A stretch of DNA of 64,000 nt from the human T2T-CHM13v2.0 reference genome, Homo sapiens: positions 43,104,001-43,168,000 of the forward strand of contig CP068257.2 of assembly GCA_009914755.4 (NCBI GenBank), in the 5' to 3' direction. Under the pieces are notes generated by a model that was given only the letters and a program-made list of their open reading frames with translations, did no database searches and was not told the origin of the DNA. Shown here piece after piece: positions 12,469-27,746 of this stretch (positions are counted from its first letter, which is position 1; every line of letters starts with the position of its first letter). A program made the translations under genes and the position numbers.

Positions 12469-15400
12469 TCAGGAATGTGGGAAGGTTCTAGAAGGCCAAT
12501 GGCTACAGCACCAAAGCATGCTGGAGGAGCAGGGAGGTCTGGACACCAGGCATGACCCAAAGGGCCCCAGATCTGCTTTGCAGGGCCACCAGACCCCACA
12601 TCGAACCCTGTGGACAAACGTTTCTCTTGAGACTTGTCTGCTGCGGTTTGCCACACTTACTACAGTTACCACGGGACTGAACGAAGGAGGACAAATGCAG
12701 AAATGAAAACTTAAACTGTTGGAAAGAAGGGGTTTGGGGAAGAAGAAGAGGGCTCCCTGCTTCTAGTGAGCAAGGGCCACCGCCGCGAGCTTCTACAGCC
12801 CTTCATATTTATTAGGTAGAAAGAGCAGGGAGGAGGAGGTAACGATCGGAGGGCTGCTTGATTGATCACAGGTTCACATTATTGCTCACAGGCTTCAGAT
12901 GTGCCTCATCACAAGAAACACCGCGCTTGACGCGTAACTGCCCTCAGCATTTCTTCGGGGCAGCAGACGCAGTTTGTCAGTTTGCCAGCATTCTGCATTT
13001 ATGAGAACAGTTTGCTGTCTACTCATACAGCCTCCAGTGGTATACTGAGTGGATCACGACCCTCACTCTTTCGGCCTGCAACACTTGTCTAGTCTTAGCA
13101 TGTGATGGGGCCTCTGCTTCCCTGCTCCCCTCAACAGCTGTCCAGCCGTCTTAAGGACACAGTCAAGAATATGAACAAAGATAGTGTTTGCAATGGTTTT
13201 CATGGTAGAAAAGACCTGACTGCCACAGGGAAGACTGATAGGGCCTCTGAGGTGGCTCTGAAGTGGGGGGCCACTCAGACGCCTGAATGCCAACTGGAGG
13301 GAATGTGCGTAGGGCCTGAGAAAGGCTGAGAAAGGCTGTGAGTCTGGGATCAGGAGACGTGCAGGGCTGAACGCCATCTGTGCCCTGGAGTCGGTCACTA
13401 TAGTCCATCAGGGCCCCATCTCGGCGCCGGAGACACCAGCAGGCAGGCAGCATGCAAAGGCTCCCACTTGCTTCTGACCAGGCCCACCCTCGCCACCTCT
13501 GCCATCCCCAGCATCCTGGTACAGAGCACTGTGCCGGGTATTAAAATATAACATGTGTCCAAAGACAGGGCACGAGATCAGGGCACCAAGAAGCAATTAT
13601 CAGCAGTGCTGATCCAGACCATGGATATATTTTAGATCCAGCTTTTTGCTAACCTTTCTTTTCTAATTTCTCCAAAATGATCATAAATTGATTTTTCATT
13701 GAAAATTAAAAGGCTTTTTTCAGTGTTTTGTCTATTTAAGGAGAGGCCACTGCCACGGTCCAGCTGAGAGAGAACAACCTAGAATGCAGGTGGGGTAGTT
13801 TGAGAATCACCAGGACATGGGGCCATGTGTTCAGGCAGGGCCTGATGGGGAAGATACGGGGACCCTGGGACCTGATGGGGCAGCTGGGGGTGGTGACTGG
13901 AGCTCCAGCCACAATGACTGGACCACTCAGACAGTTTGGGACAGGGAGGGTAGGGAGGGCGTGCACTGACGTTTCAAGAAAACCATGAGGAGACTGTGGA
14001 GGGAGGCAAGTGCTGGAAAGCAGATGCCCAGTTGGAATCCCAGAGAGCCCAGGTGGAAGAGGCAGCTGAGGAGGGGCTGCCAAAGAGGAGACCACACAGT
14101 AGAGAGCTGGGGGGCGGGGGGGGGGGTCAGAAGAGGTGTGGAGACGGAACCCCAAAGTCCCTGAACGCTGAAGACCAGCACAAGGCTGGGTGAAATACGA
14201 AAGCATCAGTGGAGGTAGTTTAAAGAGGAGCTTGGCTGACAGTTCCCTTAAGCCCCCAGCAGAAGCAAAAGCAAATGGTCTCGGGGGAAACACACCTCCA
14301 AGGCATGCCTGGCTCAGAATGGACTGGGCACACAGAGGGAAGGCCCCAGTGTCTGGGGGGCTGGACTCCCTTCCTAGAAGTGCCACGAGGCAGTGGCAGA
14401 AGCCCCACCAGCCTGGGTCCCTGAGTGACTCTGTGGAACAGAGCCCCTCTGAAGATCTCACTGGACTGGTTGGTAATGAATGCGAGAAGCAAACTTACCT
14501 CAAGCCCTAAGATTTGGGAACCATTTGCTTCTGCAGCATAAGCCAGGCCCACTCTGACTGACAGAAACATGTCCCCAGCCGGGACCCCCACAAAACCATA
14601 CGCAGGCCACAGGTATTTGCCGCATGAGTGGCCACAGGCAGCCCGGTGTGGTCCACAAACCCCCAGGGCCAGTTCCTGAGGCCCAGCATGGTCCTGCAGC
14701 CAGAGGGTGCCACCTCCCTGGCCTGTGGGGTCTTCCCCCAATGCCACCCACTCAGCCCTCAGGGATTGGTGGAAGGGGCCAGCCAGTGTCCGAGGCAAAC
14801 CCCTCAGGCTGCACTCTCTGCCAGTGCGGAGCTCCAGGTACAATGAGCGACACCCTCAGCCACCAAGGCCCAGCTGGGGTGTGAGCCGGCACCCATGGGT
14901 GACCTCCTCTACCACCTGCATGCAGGTGGACATGGCAGCAGCAGCCTGATATGGGGGCTGCAGGGACCCCAGCTCCCCCTGCAGGGACACTCACCTGGTA
15001 ACCAAGCCTGTGTAGGCTGGCAAATCAGATGATTCAGGTGGCTAATTTATTTATGACAAACAGGCTAAATGTAGGTTAATTACTTTGTAATCATTGTCTG
15101 GAGGGCACATGGAGGGACCAGAGGCGGTCCACACACACTGAGTGTGGGCAAGTGAGCGCTGTCTCATGGGGCTGCTGCCAGCTGCCCGGGGCCCTGCAGG
15201 CTGGAGATATCTGCCCCGCGGCAGGCGCCCCAGGAGTGGGACGAGCCCAGGTGGAGGAACATCAGGCGTCACCTGTCCAGGGCTTGCACACTGGTGCCCT
15301 GGGCAGTTCGTGGTGCACACCTGTGTGTATGCGGAGCCTGTTTGCCCCCAGGTCCTGCAGCCCCTCATCCTACCCTGGAGCTGTGTCTTTGTGGTCCCTC

Positions 15401-18099
15401 GTAAACGTGGGGCCCCTTGTGATACCTGGGGCAGCCCCTCCTCACTGTCGCCAGCTGGCCCCTGGGCTCCCGCCACAGTCTCCTCCTTCCTGGACTCCAT
15501 CCTTTCCCATACAACAGGACAAGTGAACATTCCCGAAGGTCAGTCTGGATCCCGGGCTACAGGGCCCCCCAGAGCTGTGCCACGCCTCCCTCACATCCCC
15601 CACCCCCAGGCACAGCCCTACCAGGCCAGCTCAGGAGCCCCTGCCTCTCCCTAAACTCCAAAGCTCCACCCTCATTCCAGAACGAGCTGCTGCCCTGAGC
15701 CCTCCCCACCCTGACCTGGCTCCTTCTGCTGAGGCTCCAGCCCTCCCTGAGCCCGCTGAGGCCGAAGCCCCACCTTGGGGCCACGCTCTCCAATCAGCCG
15801 GCCACTTTGGCTGACAGTGGCTGGTAGGCTTCTCCAGCTCCCACAGCCATGGAAGCGAGGGACTGCTCCACCCCTACAGAGGGCTCTGGTTGGGCACACA
15901 GCAAACCCCACCACAGTGGGAGGGCCCGGCCACCAGGCCAGCATGCCCTCCTGCCAGCCCCCTGTGAGCCACAACCCAGAAAGAGCCTGGAGCTGAGCGG
16001 CCCCTGCTGCCCTGTGGCCCCTCTTCTCCCCGTGGACATCAGGCCAGTGGTGTTGCCAGATGACCATCCCTGCCCAGGGGGTCTTGCCCTCATGGCAGTG
16101 GTTGGTGTCCTTGCACAGAGCCCAGTGACAACCCCCCACGGCCAGCTCAGGGCACCGACACTGATGGGCAGCGGCCTCTCTGAGATGGGGCTTCTGGCCT
16201 TTCCTGCTTCTTTGGATGGGCCTTAGCCAAGGTCTGTCGGAATCTCCAAACCAGGCCTCCAAACGCCGAGTGTGGGCTCAGACGCCCAATGACTAAAGCC
16301 AAAATGAGCATCACATAAGCTCTGAATGCGCTCTTTAAAGGGTGACGAACAGGTGTCAAAACTGAACTTATGTTTGCTTGCGTCCCCTCCCTGGAGGTGC
16401 GCGGCCCTCACTCTCTCCCTGCAGCAGACTTCAGGAGAAAACGCAGAAGATTTGGCTGCACCCACTCCTGCTCCTCAGAGTGCTGAGCAAGAGCGGTCGG
16501 TCTGAGCAGTCGGGCAGAGTTGTACCTGCAAAAGGCAGGCCACAGATTACCAACGTTCCCATCGCTATTTCACGATTTTCAAATTAAAAAGTGACACATA
16601 TTGGCTCTAACAAGGGAATCAATACAAAATAAAGGTGTGAATTCCCTCAAGGTTCTGCTGCTGACTAGAATGGGGGCCTAGTCCTGGACTAGCACGTCTG
16701 CCCTAAACAGTCAAACACTGGACGGAACGCACAGGCACCAGTCTACAGGCGCGGGTGGGTGAAGGCTGTGATCCAGGGGGAAGGACACACTGCAGATGCC
16801 ACAGCTCCCTTCCCAGGGCAATTTCTACCCAGGCACAGAGGCTTGACTCCAGGCAGAGCCTGGCAGGGCCCCTGAGCCTAGGAGCTGGAGACGGAAGCAG
16901 GAGGGCACAGAGGCGGGGCCTAAAATTCATGGGGCCCCAAGGCCTCAGCTGGGTGCTGCTGCATTTGCCCGGAGGGAGCACGTGGCAACCTACAGAGAAG
17001 CTGCCTTGGGCTGAGGGGGGAGGAAACAAGAAGTGGAGGGTGCTGGGGACACAGAGCTCTGGCCAGGCCAGCATGGAAAGAGCCCCCGAATCCCTCTGAG
17101 ATCCCCTGGGCATCCAGCCGAGAAACTAGAAAGGCCACAACTGAGAAGTGAGGAAGACACCCTCAAGTAGGTCTACCCTAGACGCTGGCCATGCCTAAAG
17201 GCAAGCCCTGGCAGGAGCCACAGGAGAGACGGAGGGTGGACACGGAGTCCCACTCAGGTACAGAGACTTGGGAGGCCCTTGTGACATTTCTCAGACTCCA
17301 CCCAACAAATGGTAAAACCAAACTCGGACCAATTCAGGTGGACCCACCAGTTCTCAAGCGCCAAGGGGACCAAGAGCAACAGTTCTCTTCTGGAGAAGGG
17401 GAGAGTCCAGGGCGTCTTCCACGAACAGTTACATTGCTTTTCTCTCCACGCTCATCACTGCCTTGTTCTGAGGCAGCTCCAGCTGTGCTGAGCTGCACGG
17501 AGCAGGGGAGACATTCTCAGAGCATTCCAGATTCCAGCCAGAGACGGTGGGGAAGGGGCCCTGGAGCTCCTGGGAAGAGGGCTGGGCAAGGCCTCTCACT
17601 CAGGCATGGACCAAAGAATGTTCTTGGCTCCCCAAAGCTGCACACACACAGAAAAGGTCCACGCCGCACAGAAAAGCTCCCGAGAGCTCTGCCGCCACCA
17701 CCAGAGTCTGGAAACATAACATTCAAAATATTCACATAAAATTACTCAACATATAGTGAATTTAAAAATTACAATTCTCGAGGAAAAGATAATCAACAGA
17801 TGCCAACCCCAAGACGCAGCCGAGGCTGGAACCATCAGACGAGGCTCTAAGGCAGTTCCGGCAGCGTCCTCTGGAGGCAAAGGTGAGCACACCTGGGCTG
17901 CGTGAGAGGACAGGCGTTCCCAACAGAGAAACGGAGAGCAGGAAACAAACCTACACAAAGACTGTAGAACTAAAAAATACAACATACGAAATACAAATTT
18001 TACCCCATGGGCGCACAGCAGAATGGAGATGGTGGAAGAGTCAGTGGCCTTGAAGATGGGTGAATAGAAACGGCACATTCTGAAGAACAGAGAGCAAAG

Positions 18100-18190
18100 G
18101 GTGAGTGTGTATGTGTGTGTGAGCACGTGTGAGTGGCTGTGTGCCTGGGCGTGTGTGGGCGTGGCACTGTGTGGGTGAGCAGGTGTGGGG
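18100..18190. repeat. GT-rich simple repeat
   Basis: gtgagtgtgtatgtgtgtgtgagcacgtgtgagtggctgtgtgcctgggcgtgtgtggg. Confidence 0.7.
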
Positions 18191-19940
18191 GTCTGGCATG
18201 CGAGGGTGGTGCAGGGGCGTGGCCGGGTAGCTCCCTGGTCCATTCCCCACCCCACTGCCCTCCAGCACCTGGTGTTCGGCATGTCACGGGCTCTGCCCTC
18301 CTCTCCTTCCCTGTCACCACCCACATCGTTGTCTATGGCAAACCCCAGCCCTGGGTTCTCAAACAGAAGCAGCCCAGTGGAAGGTTAGGCTGACTCGGTC
18401 CAGCTGAGTTCCGGGGTTGGGTCCCTGTTTGCAGGCCCATTGGCCAGCACCCCAGTCTCTGCCCGCTGGAGGCCGACAGCTCCTCACTGTGACAACCAGA
18501 AAGGTCTGCAGATGCCGCCCAGTGTGCCCAGGAGGCCAGGCAGCCCCTCGTTAGGAACCCCTGTGACAAACACAGAAGGGGACTGGGTTGGAGATCACAC
18601 TCAACTGGAGGTTACGTTTTCACATTTCTTGCTAGAAGCAACCGGAATGGATAGGCATTGGCAAGCCGATTCCAGGACCTCTGGCCAGGAAGCCCAGGGC
18701 CTGCAGCTCTCTGTCCAGCTCCCAGTGTGCTAAGAGTGGACCTTGGCCATGCCGCAACTGCCAACTTCAACCAGGAAGGGCTGCCACAGCTAGGCTCGCT
18801 ACGTACCCTTGCTAGGTAGCTAATTCAGTCTCGTCAGAGCCACCAGACACAGACTCTCGTGACCCCACGGCATCAAGGAGGGTTACGTGGCTGGTGGGGG
18901 CAGGATGAGGAGCCAACCTGTCTTCCATCCAGGGACGCAGCTCCCAGGCCCAGATGGCGACCCAGCTCCACCCAGCCCTGGGGTCTTTGTAGGCAGGCCC
19001 AGGAGTGGCCAGCTAAGGGCACGTGTTTGTCTTGCCCACGTCCCCATCAGTTCCAGGGATCAGGTTCTTGCCACATCCACCTCTCAGCAGCCCCTGTGGG
19101 AGGAGAGAGGGGTGTGCTCCAACGCTGGCTGCCTGCAGGGCTGCTCTGGGGCTGGGATGAGTAGCCTTCCCAGGTGCCCACTCTGGGCTGCTCGGGCCCT
19201 ATCTCTACCATGTACGCCCCTGGAGCCCACGAGCCGCTGGCCTCACTGCCCTGGGCTCCACCCTCCATAGCAAGTCAGGGCTGACACGACAGGACACCTG
19301 CGGAGCAGCCCAGGCACGAGGGAAGAGACAGAGACAGATGGAGAGACAGAGACCGAGAGATAGAGAACTTCACAAAAGAGCAGGCCAAATGCTTTGCTGG
19401 AACTGCTCCAAAGACGCCCCCACAGGCACACACACTCTCCTACATGTGTGCACATATCTGCACACAGGTGTGCACAAACACACATGCTTGGTGACGTGGA
19501 ACCCGAGGTCTGGGTGGGATCGGCCCCCCCGGGACATTTGGGATCGTGCTGCAGCCCCGTCCTCTGCTTTAGGAGCTCCTTCAGGTGGGAACCAGTCCAG
19601 CAGGAGAAACCCGTGAGAATCCCAAAGTCTCTTCTGCCCTTAAGCTGCAGATGTTTCATGTGGTTCCAACTCATTTAGTATATTATCCAGGATTTCAAAG
19701 ATCCATTAGCAAAGGACAACCTTCCACGTTTGTTTCCATCTGAATTGGTTCCAACGAGACAGTCCTCTGCCAGAAAGCCCCACACACGCACACAACCTGA
19801 GAACTCTTCTGGTTTCCCGCTGCTCCTCCACCAGCCCTGAGCAAACAGGAGTGCCCCGCACAGAGGCTGGGGCCATGGCAGGTGTCCAACATGCTCCCTG
19901 CCCAGCAGGGATGTGCCTGTCATGGGACGTCCAAGGGACA

Positions 19941-20800
19941 GGCACCCAGCACACCTGGGGTACCCACCACACCCGGACACCCAGCACACCCAGGACACCC
20001 AGCACACCCAGGCACCCTGCACACCCAGGCACCCAGCACACCCGGGGCACCTACACACCTGGGGCACCTACACGCCTGGGGCACCTACACACCCAAGCAC
20101 CCAGCACACCCAGGCACCGAGCACACCTGGGACACCCAGCACACCCGGGCACCCAGCACACCCAGGCACCCTGCACACCCGGGACACCCTGCACACCCGG
20201 GACACCCAGCACACCCGGGGCACCCTGCACACCCAGGCACCCAGCACACTCAGGCACCCTGCACACCCAGGACACCCAGCACACCCGGGGCACCTACACA
20301 CCCGGGGCACCTACACACCCGGGGCACCTACACACCTGGGGCACCCTGCACATCCGGGCACCCAGCACACCCAGGCACCCTGCACACCCAGGACACCCAG
20401 CACACCTGGGGCACCTACACACCCGGGGCACCTACACAACCGGGGCACCCTGCACACCCAGGCACCCAGCACACCCGGGCATCCAGCACACCCGGGGCAT
20501 CTACACACTCAGAACACCCTGCACACCCAGGCACCCAGCACACCCGGGCACCCAGCACACCCAGGCATCCAGCACACCCGGGACACCCGGCACACCCAGG
20601 CACCCGGCACACCCAGGCACCCAGCACACCCGGGGCACCTACACACCCGGGGCATCCAGCACACCCAGGACACCCTGCACACCTGGGGCACCTACACACC
20701 CAGGGCACCCAGCATACCCGGGCATCCAGCACAACTGGCACAACTGGGGCACCCGGGACACCTGGCGCACTCGGGGCACCCACACACCCAGCACATGCCG
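19941..20800. repeat. GC-rich minisatellite, 17-18-bp unit (CACCCRGGNCACCYWRCA) x ~49
   Basis: Regular tandem array. No stop codons in any of the six frames, which explains the 306-327-aa repetitive ORFs. Confidence 0.9.
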
Positions 20801-23800
20801 CCCCAGGCCCATGGAACTCGTGCTCTGATCTGAAAGTTCTCTTCAGACTCAGACTGGAATGTTGAGGATCCGAGATGGTGGCCGCCTGGTAGGGACCTGG
20901 CCCTGCGGTGGGAGGGTGAGCAGCTAGGCCCAGGACTCTCAGTGGGTGACCTCCTGGAGGGATGCCACCCAGGGTGCGGCTCCATCCACCCCACGTTGGA
21001 GGAGCTCTCCTTCGGACAGGCCTGGGTGGGAAGGCATCCAGGAGCCATGTTGCTGACTGCTGCCAAGTCTCAGGTGGCCCCGTGGCTGTGCCCTGGAGGT
21101 GGCCCCATGTCACCCTTGTGAGGACGATGCCCCCTTCCCTCCTGGCACACATGTGCCCACTGCCACCTGAAGAGCTGACCGGGGCAAGGGGCACAGCTGA
21201 GGACAAGATGTCCTGACCACAGCTCAGACATGCGCTGGGCTGGGAGGGACCGAGACAGGAGATCCTGCCCCGAGAGGTGGGCGGGGGTGGCCTCCTGGAC
21301 ACGCCCACCACAGGGAGGGCTGCTGTCTCCCGAGCTACTCCGTGTTCTCTGTGCTTTGCACACATGGTCTTTAATCCTCACCACCACTCAGGGCTGGGAT
21401 GTGACTGCCATCAAACCCATTCCCAGACCAGAAAACAAAGACCTAGACAGCTTCCCTCGCTAGCCCAGGTCATACAGCTGCTGGGGTCTGAGGAAGGCCA
21501 AGCCCCAGCAGGCTGGCCAGAGCCACCTTCAGCTGCCAGGCCCACAGCTCACCCACAGCCACTGACCAGGCAGCAGTGGGGATGCCCCACGTCAGCCTCT
21601 GCCCACAGGGCAGGACCACAGAACACATCCTGCCCTCCCTCCGACCCCCCCGCCACCCCACGCCAACTCTGCCCATGCCTATTTGGCAAGCCCCAGACAA
21701 CACTCCTGGCAATGCCAGGAGCAGCTTTCAGGTCTGTGGTCCCCACACAAAGGCACCCAGCCCCACCCAGTCACACGACAGGGTGCCACTGCAAAGCCTA
21801 AACCGGAGATAGGGCCCTGCATCATCTCCCGACCACAGAGATGGGGCTGAATGCTCTGTACTTACACACCTGAAAAACCAGTTCCTTTCACTTTGCCATC
21901 CTAGCCTCTCATGAAATTGTACTCAAAAAAGAAAGCCACAGGATGCGTTCTTGTTATCCCTATGACAAGCAACTTAGAGCAACAGCACTGCCAGCTACCA
22001 GGCTGGCCGATCTTCACCCCAGCCCCCGGGGGGTTCTGATAAGGATGTAGGGGAGTCACCTGACCAGTGCACCACCCAGCTGGGGGCAGGGCCGCAGGGC
22101 CACACTTGTGGGAGGCAGACAACATGCATGGCCACTGCAGGGGGAGGAAAATCTGGAGTCTGGAGCAGAAGGAAAGTGGCTGGGGTGTCCAGAGCACTTC
22201 CCCACTGAGCTGGTGGACAGAGGAACTTCCAGGCATGTAAGGGAGGGTGCTGAGGGCCGGGCCCTGGTGTCTCCTGGCCCCGAGTGGAAGGTGAGGCTTT
22301 GCCAAGTGCAGCAGGTGGGCTAATAAGCCTGATGGTGGGGGGACTGAGAGGACCAGACCAGGGTGCGAGAAGAGACATGAGGTGGCTGTGTCGCAAAGGC
22401 CAGCACCTGAAGCGGGGGAAGGTGGAGCAGTGGAGGCTGCCCAGCAGGCCCCTGGGTCTAGGTGGACACTGCATAGGAGGGTGCAGTGGGCCTCATGCCA
22501 CCAACCGCACCCCATGGAGGCAGAGGGGCCACAGTCCTGGAGGGTGGGGGGCCTTGCAGATTCAGCGATGCATCGGGGCACGGCGAGGACCATTTCTTGG
22601 CTGGGGCTTTGGCAAATGACCTCACCTCCCCCACCTCAACTCCTCAGAGCACGCCCTCGGACATCTCATGGCTGGGTTCACAGCCTTCAGAGGGGAAGAT
22701 GCCCGGACGTGTGAGGACTTGCCCACTTCTGGTGTCAGAGCTCGGGCCCTGGAGGTCAGGTTCCACACAGCCAGCAGCGCTCACAGTCCAGGCATGGGAA
22801 CGGGGGCACAGGAGGGGCACAAAGGTGGAGAGCCCCATCTCCCTGACGCTCCTATGGGATCCCCGAACCAGTACGCCCACCCAGCAGAGGGCAGGGCTGG
22901 GACATTCAACGGGGTGAGGCCAAGGGCAGGGGTTACAGATGTTCGCCAGGGGATGACGAAGGGCATGGGCCAGCTGCCTCGGGGGCACCAGACCTGCCTC
23001 GGGGTACCAGACAGTTGGCACTGCCCAGTGGGTGGGTTCGGTGGGTGTTGAGGCCTGGAAGGTGTGTCTGGGATGGTGAGGGGGTACAGGCTATGGCTGG
23101 CTGAGTGGTGCCGGGGTTTGGGGGAGGAAGCTGGTGTTTCCTGCCTCTGCAGGGAGGTTCACCTTGCTTTGTCCCCTCAACAAAGCCAGGCTCTCGTGAC
23201 AACGGGTCACAACCTGGACAGATCTGAGGAGCTGAACACCTCCAGCTTCCACAGGGCTCAGCCAGGACCTGGGCCCAACAGCATTCCCTCCCAGATGGGG
23301 CCACCACGCCACATCAGCACGACGAGACCTCCTCCCAGGGTGCCCCCCCCAGCCCAGGGTCCAGGCCCCAGGCCAACACCCAGAGGGGCTGGCTTTGTTC
23401 ACAGCCCCTCTCCAAACCCTGCCCCCACCCCAAGCGGCCCCGCGGTCCCCTCCAGGGCAGGGTTTCCAGAATCCACCTGTCCTTAGTGTGTTCACTGCCC
23501 CTTGGCAGCCCCGAATTTTTGTACCTGTTTCCTGTCCCCTCCTTGTGTCCAGGTAGCATCCCCAGGGCCCTCGCCTCCAGCACAAATTCCAGCCTGCAGA
23601 AACCTTGTCAGCTCAGGGGGCCACGGTGCAAGGCACGCCCAGGGGAGGGAAGCTGGGGCTGCCCTGGGGTGCCTTTCTGTGCAGCTGGAGCAGTTCCATA
23701 TCCTATGAAGAAACTGGTACAGAACAGCACTCCTCTGAAAAATTAGCAACCTCATCTACACAGAGACTGGACTGGAGAAGCCCCAGCAGGTGCAGCAATC

Positions 23801-25321
23801 CCAGAAGTGAGAGTCAGAGCTGTGGACGCCACCCTTGCTGTGGCCCAAGCAGTGAACTGGGGCCGCTAACCCCCAGGAAGGGTGAAAAGCCCCAACACCC
23901 AGAAGATGAGACCCTAGAGCTTCCCTGGCCACCCCAGCAGCCCTCCCCATCCCAGGAAGCAGACAGTTGCATGGGAAAAGCAAGGACGGCACTCAGCCAG
24001 ACAGGCAAACAACTGTGGCAAACCAGTGCCAGCAGACAAAACCCAGAAACACAGAGCAAATGAAATGGTAAAAATCACTGTCAACCCCCAAGGTTATCTG
24101 CGCAGAAAGGGTCCATACAGTGGGGACGGCCGTCCTGAGGCCCGCTGGCCGGGCTGGCCCTTGGCTGGCGTCTGGGAACTGGGATTTCCGAGGGGCTCCC
24201 TGAACCCCGCCTCACTGGGCCTGTGCTATTTGTACAAGGTGGTTTAGGCAGAACACTCACATCCCTGCTGAGAGTCTGGAATTGTAGCGCAGCCCAGGCA
24301 GAAGCTGCTCACGTGACCAGCCCCTGGGTACATCACCAGGCAGGGCATCCCCAACATCGCACACGCAGAGTCCCAGCTGCTTGCAGGGGAGTGAGGCGCA
24401 TCCTGCGTGACCCCCACCCCAGGAGAGGCCTCCAAAGCTGAGCATGGTGCCCCTGGACTCGGCCCCAGGAACCTTTCCCTTGGCCGATTTTGCTCAGTGT
24501 CCTCCCTGTGGGAAATCACAGCCGTGACTACCGTGACCTGCATGGCCTCTGTCCTCCTGGAGAATCGCCGCCCTGGGTGGTCTTGGGGACCCCAACTCAG
24601 TATCACATTAGAGTTCTTACCCATTAAAAAGAATGCTTAGTGAGAACACTGGGCAAAGGGCAGAACAGACATGCCTGGGGGCCTGTGCTGAGGCACTCGC
24701 CCAGTGCACCCCACCAGGAGCAGCCTGGGAACCAGCCCAGGGAACGAGGCGCCAGCACCTGGGGAAGCCTGGGGACCCTGCCTCACAGGATTACAAAGGA
24801 AAGCTGACCGCCAACTACCAAAACAGAAACAGCAAATCACTGACACAGGAATCTGCCTCTTTATTGACATGCTAAGTAACAAGACGCAGAGGCAGGTCTC
24901 ATCGCAACCAACCGTGACCACAGAGGACCACAGAGGAGTGATGACAGGGAGCTGTGCTTCTAAGCAACTGCAGGAGGGAAGCGCAGTCGGAACAGCCTGC
25001 TGGCTTCTAGTGGTCAAATGTGCCACTCACACAATGGCATCTGCTGAAAAAGCTGCAAAATGTCATTTATAGGTTAGTGAACACATCCGTCTCACAGACC
25101 CCAACTAACCTGAGAATTCCAGAGGAAGACCACAGAATGACAGAAGGGAGATCAGAAACAGAAGAAAACGTGCCAGAGCTAACCCAAGTCTGCAGAAAAG
25201 CCCCCGCCGTGAGGAATCCCAGCTGGGATGATCTGGTGTGCTCCCTGGGGGCAGTGGCCACAGGCTCCTCTGACAATACGACAAAGGGACACACACTGCA
25301 GGGCAGGGAAAACACAGAACT

Positions 25322-25327
25322 TTATTT
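25322..25327 (-). terminator. UBE2G2: Poly(A) signal AATAAA (minus strand). A second AATAAA lies at 25411-25416 and a GU-rich element at ~25308-25313.
   Basis: + strand tttatt at 25322-25327. The sense RNA reads gaaataaagttctgtgttttcc, which fits the expected UBE2G2 gene span. Confidence 0.5.
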
Positions 25328-25403
25328 CAACAGTCATTAGGTTCCACCACACAACAGGGACACCATGGGATTGTTTTTTCATTTAATAAATACAAATGAA
25401 TAA

Positions 25404-25934
<531 letters not shown>

Positions 25935-26675
25935 TCCAAATTTTAAATGAGCCCCTTGTGAGAAGGAAAAGAATCTGCTGTCCACAGAAGCCAGGCGTGG
26001 AGCTACTTCAACCAGAAACTGTCACCCATGACACTCTGTGTGGGTTCAGTCACACAGACCACGATCCATTATGGAAGGGAGGGAGAAAAGGATCACATCA
26101 AATCTACTGTATGCCTCATAGACCATCCCTTATTTCAAAAATAGAAATTCCTATTTAAATGCCGCCCGTGTGCGACAGGCCTGATATTTGCTTCTGCATG
26201 TGGCAGATCTGTTATTGCTTACACTGTGGCCTCCTGGCCTGTGCTGCTCAGCTGGCCCTGTTAGAGAACATGGGAACCACATCAAAATCCTAAGTCACAA
26301 AACAAGGGCTCTGTCCCCAGCCTGGGCCCAGGGGCCCACATGCCCACCTCCACAGCCCAGTCAAGTGTGGGGATAAGGCACTCCTCTGTGCTCTGAGCTA
26401 AGATATGGTAGAGTCCCTTCTGAATTTTGAGTTGCAAAGAATGATTTTGTGCTAATAAATTCCCAGTGCATCCAAAATGTACAAAAACCCTAGAATTTCC
26501 AGTTTTTAGATTGAAAAAAAAAATTTTTTTCTGTAGATCCAGAAGAAACTTTCATTGAAACTTTAAAGACCTCACCTGCACCTGCTCTAGTAATGCACTA
26601 GTTACTAATATACAAACGTAAATCTTTGATGAGTATGGTCGGGAAAAAACTGTCTGTCCTTGTGATCAGCAATAA

Positions 26676-26973
<298 letters not shown>

Positions 26974-27633
26974 AATCAGCAATAAATTTCTTTTCTATTT
27001 ACCCCATTTCTTATTAATTCACACTTCAAAAAAGCATTTCCTGGAAGTATTTCTAAGTGTGATGGTTTGTAATATATAACAAATGAAAAGATGTAATTAG
27101 ATTATAAGAAAAGCATCTGCCTGTAAAATATGAAGGAAGAAAGGAAGTAATGGACTCCTCATGGGGCCCACAGGGAACCAGGAAGGACCCAGAAAGGGTG
27201 CCGGGCCCTTCCCCTGTGCTGCAGCTACAGGGCCCCATTTCTTCAGAAGGAGCGTTCTGGGTATTCCATCGTCCCCTGGAAGTCTGGCAGGTACAACCCC
27301 CTCAACACTCCAGGGAGGGAGGGAATCCACAGGAAGCCATGAACTGCTGGTTTCAGCGGGGAGAGGTAGTGCTGACAGCTCTGATAATCTACCTGAAGCC
27401 CTTTGTGAGGAATACTGTAAAACTGCAGTAAGCTGTCAATATTCGACATTAAGTCATCATTTCAGAAGAGAAGCCTGTTTGAAGTAGGAAAGGTTTGAAA
27501 AAAAAAAAAGATGCCGTGGTTCTTGCAAGTCTGCCTTGTTTGGTACCAGCACAGAGCATCACTGTCACTAAGTGTGCCGGGGGAGAATGCTGAGCTGCTT
27601 GGCGGTGTGTGTGCGCCTGTGCGAGGCCAGGTC

Positions 27634-27746
27634 TCACAGTCCCAGAGACTTCTGGACGATCTGCTTGGCAATCTTATAGAACTGCTCCCGGTCATCGCGC
27701 CACATTTTGGACGCATCCACGTTAGCTCCACTTTCGTCATTGGGCT
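27634..27746 (-). CDS. UBE2G2: UBE2G2 exon 6 CDS: (E)PNDESGANVDASKMWRDDREQFYKIAKQIVQKSLGL*
   Basis: Reverse-complement translation matches the UBE2G2 C-terminus exactly. Acceptor is ctttcag|AG. Stop TGA at 27634-27636. Confidence 0.95.

Noticed and set aside
19851-20865. Six overlapping 300+ aa ORFs (three + strand, three - strand) with PAHPGTQHT / CAGCPGV-type repetitive translations
   Set aside because: These are a direct consequence of a stop-free 17-18-bp minisatellite. All frames are open, and there are no start or splice signals and no non-repetitive domain.
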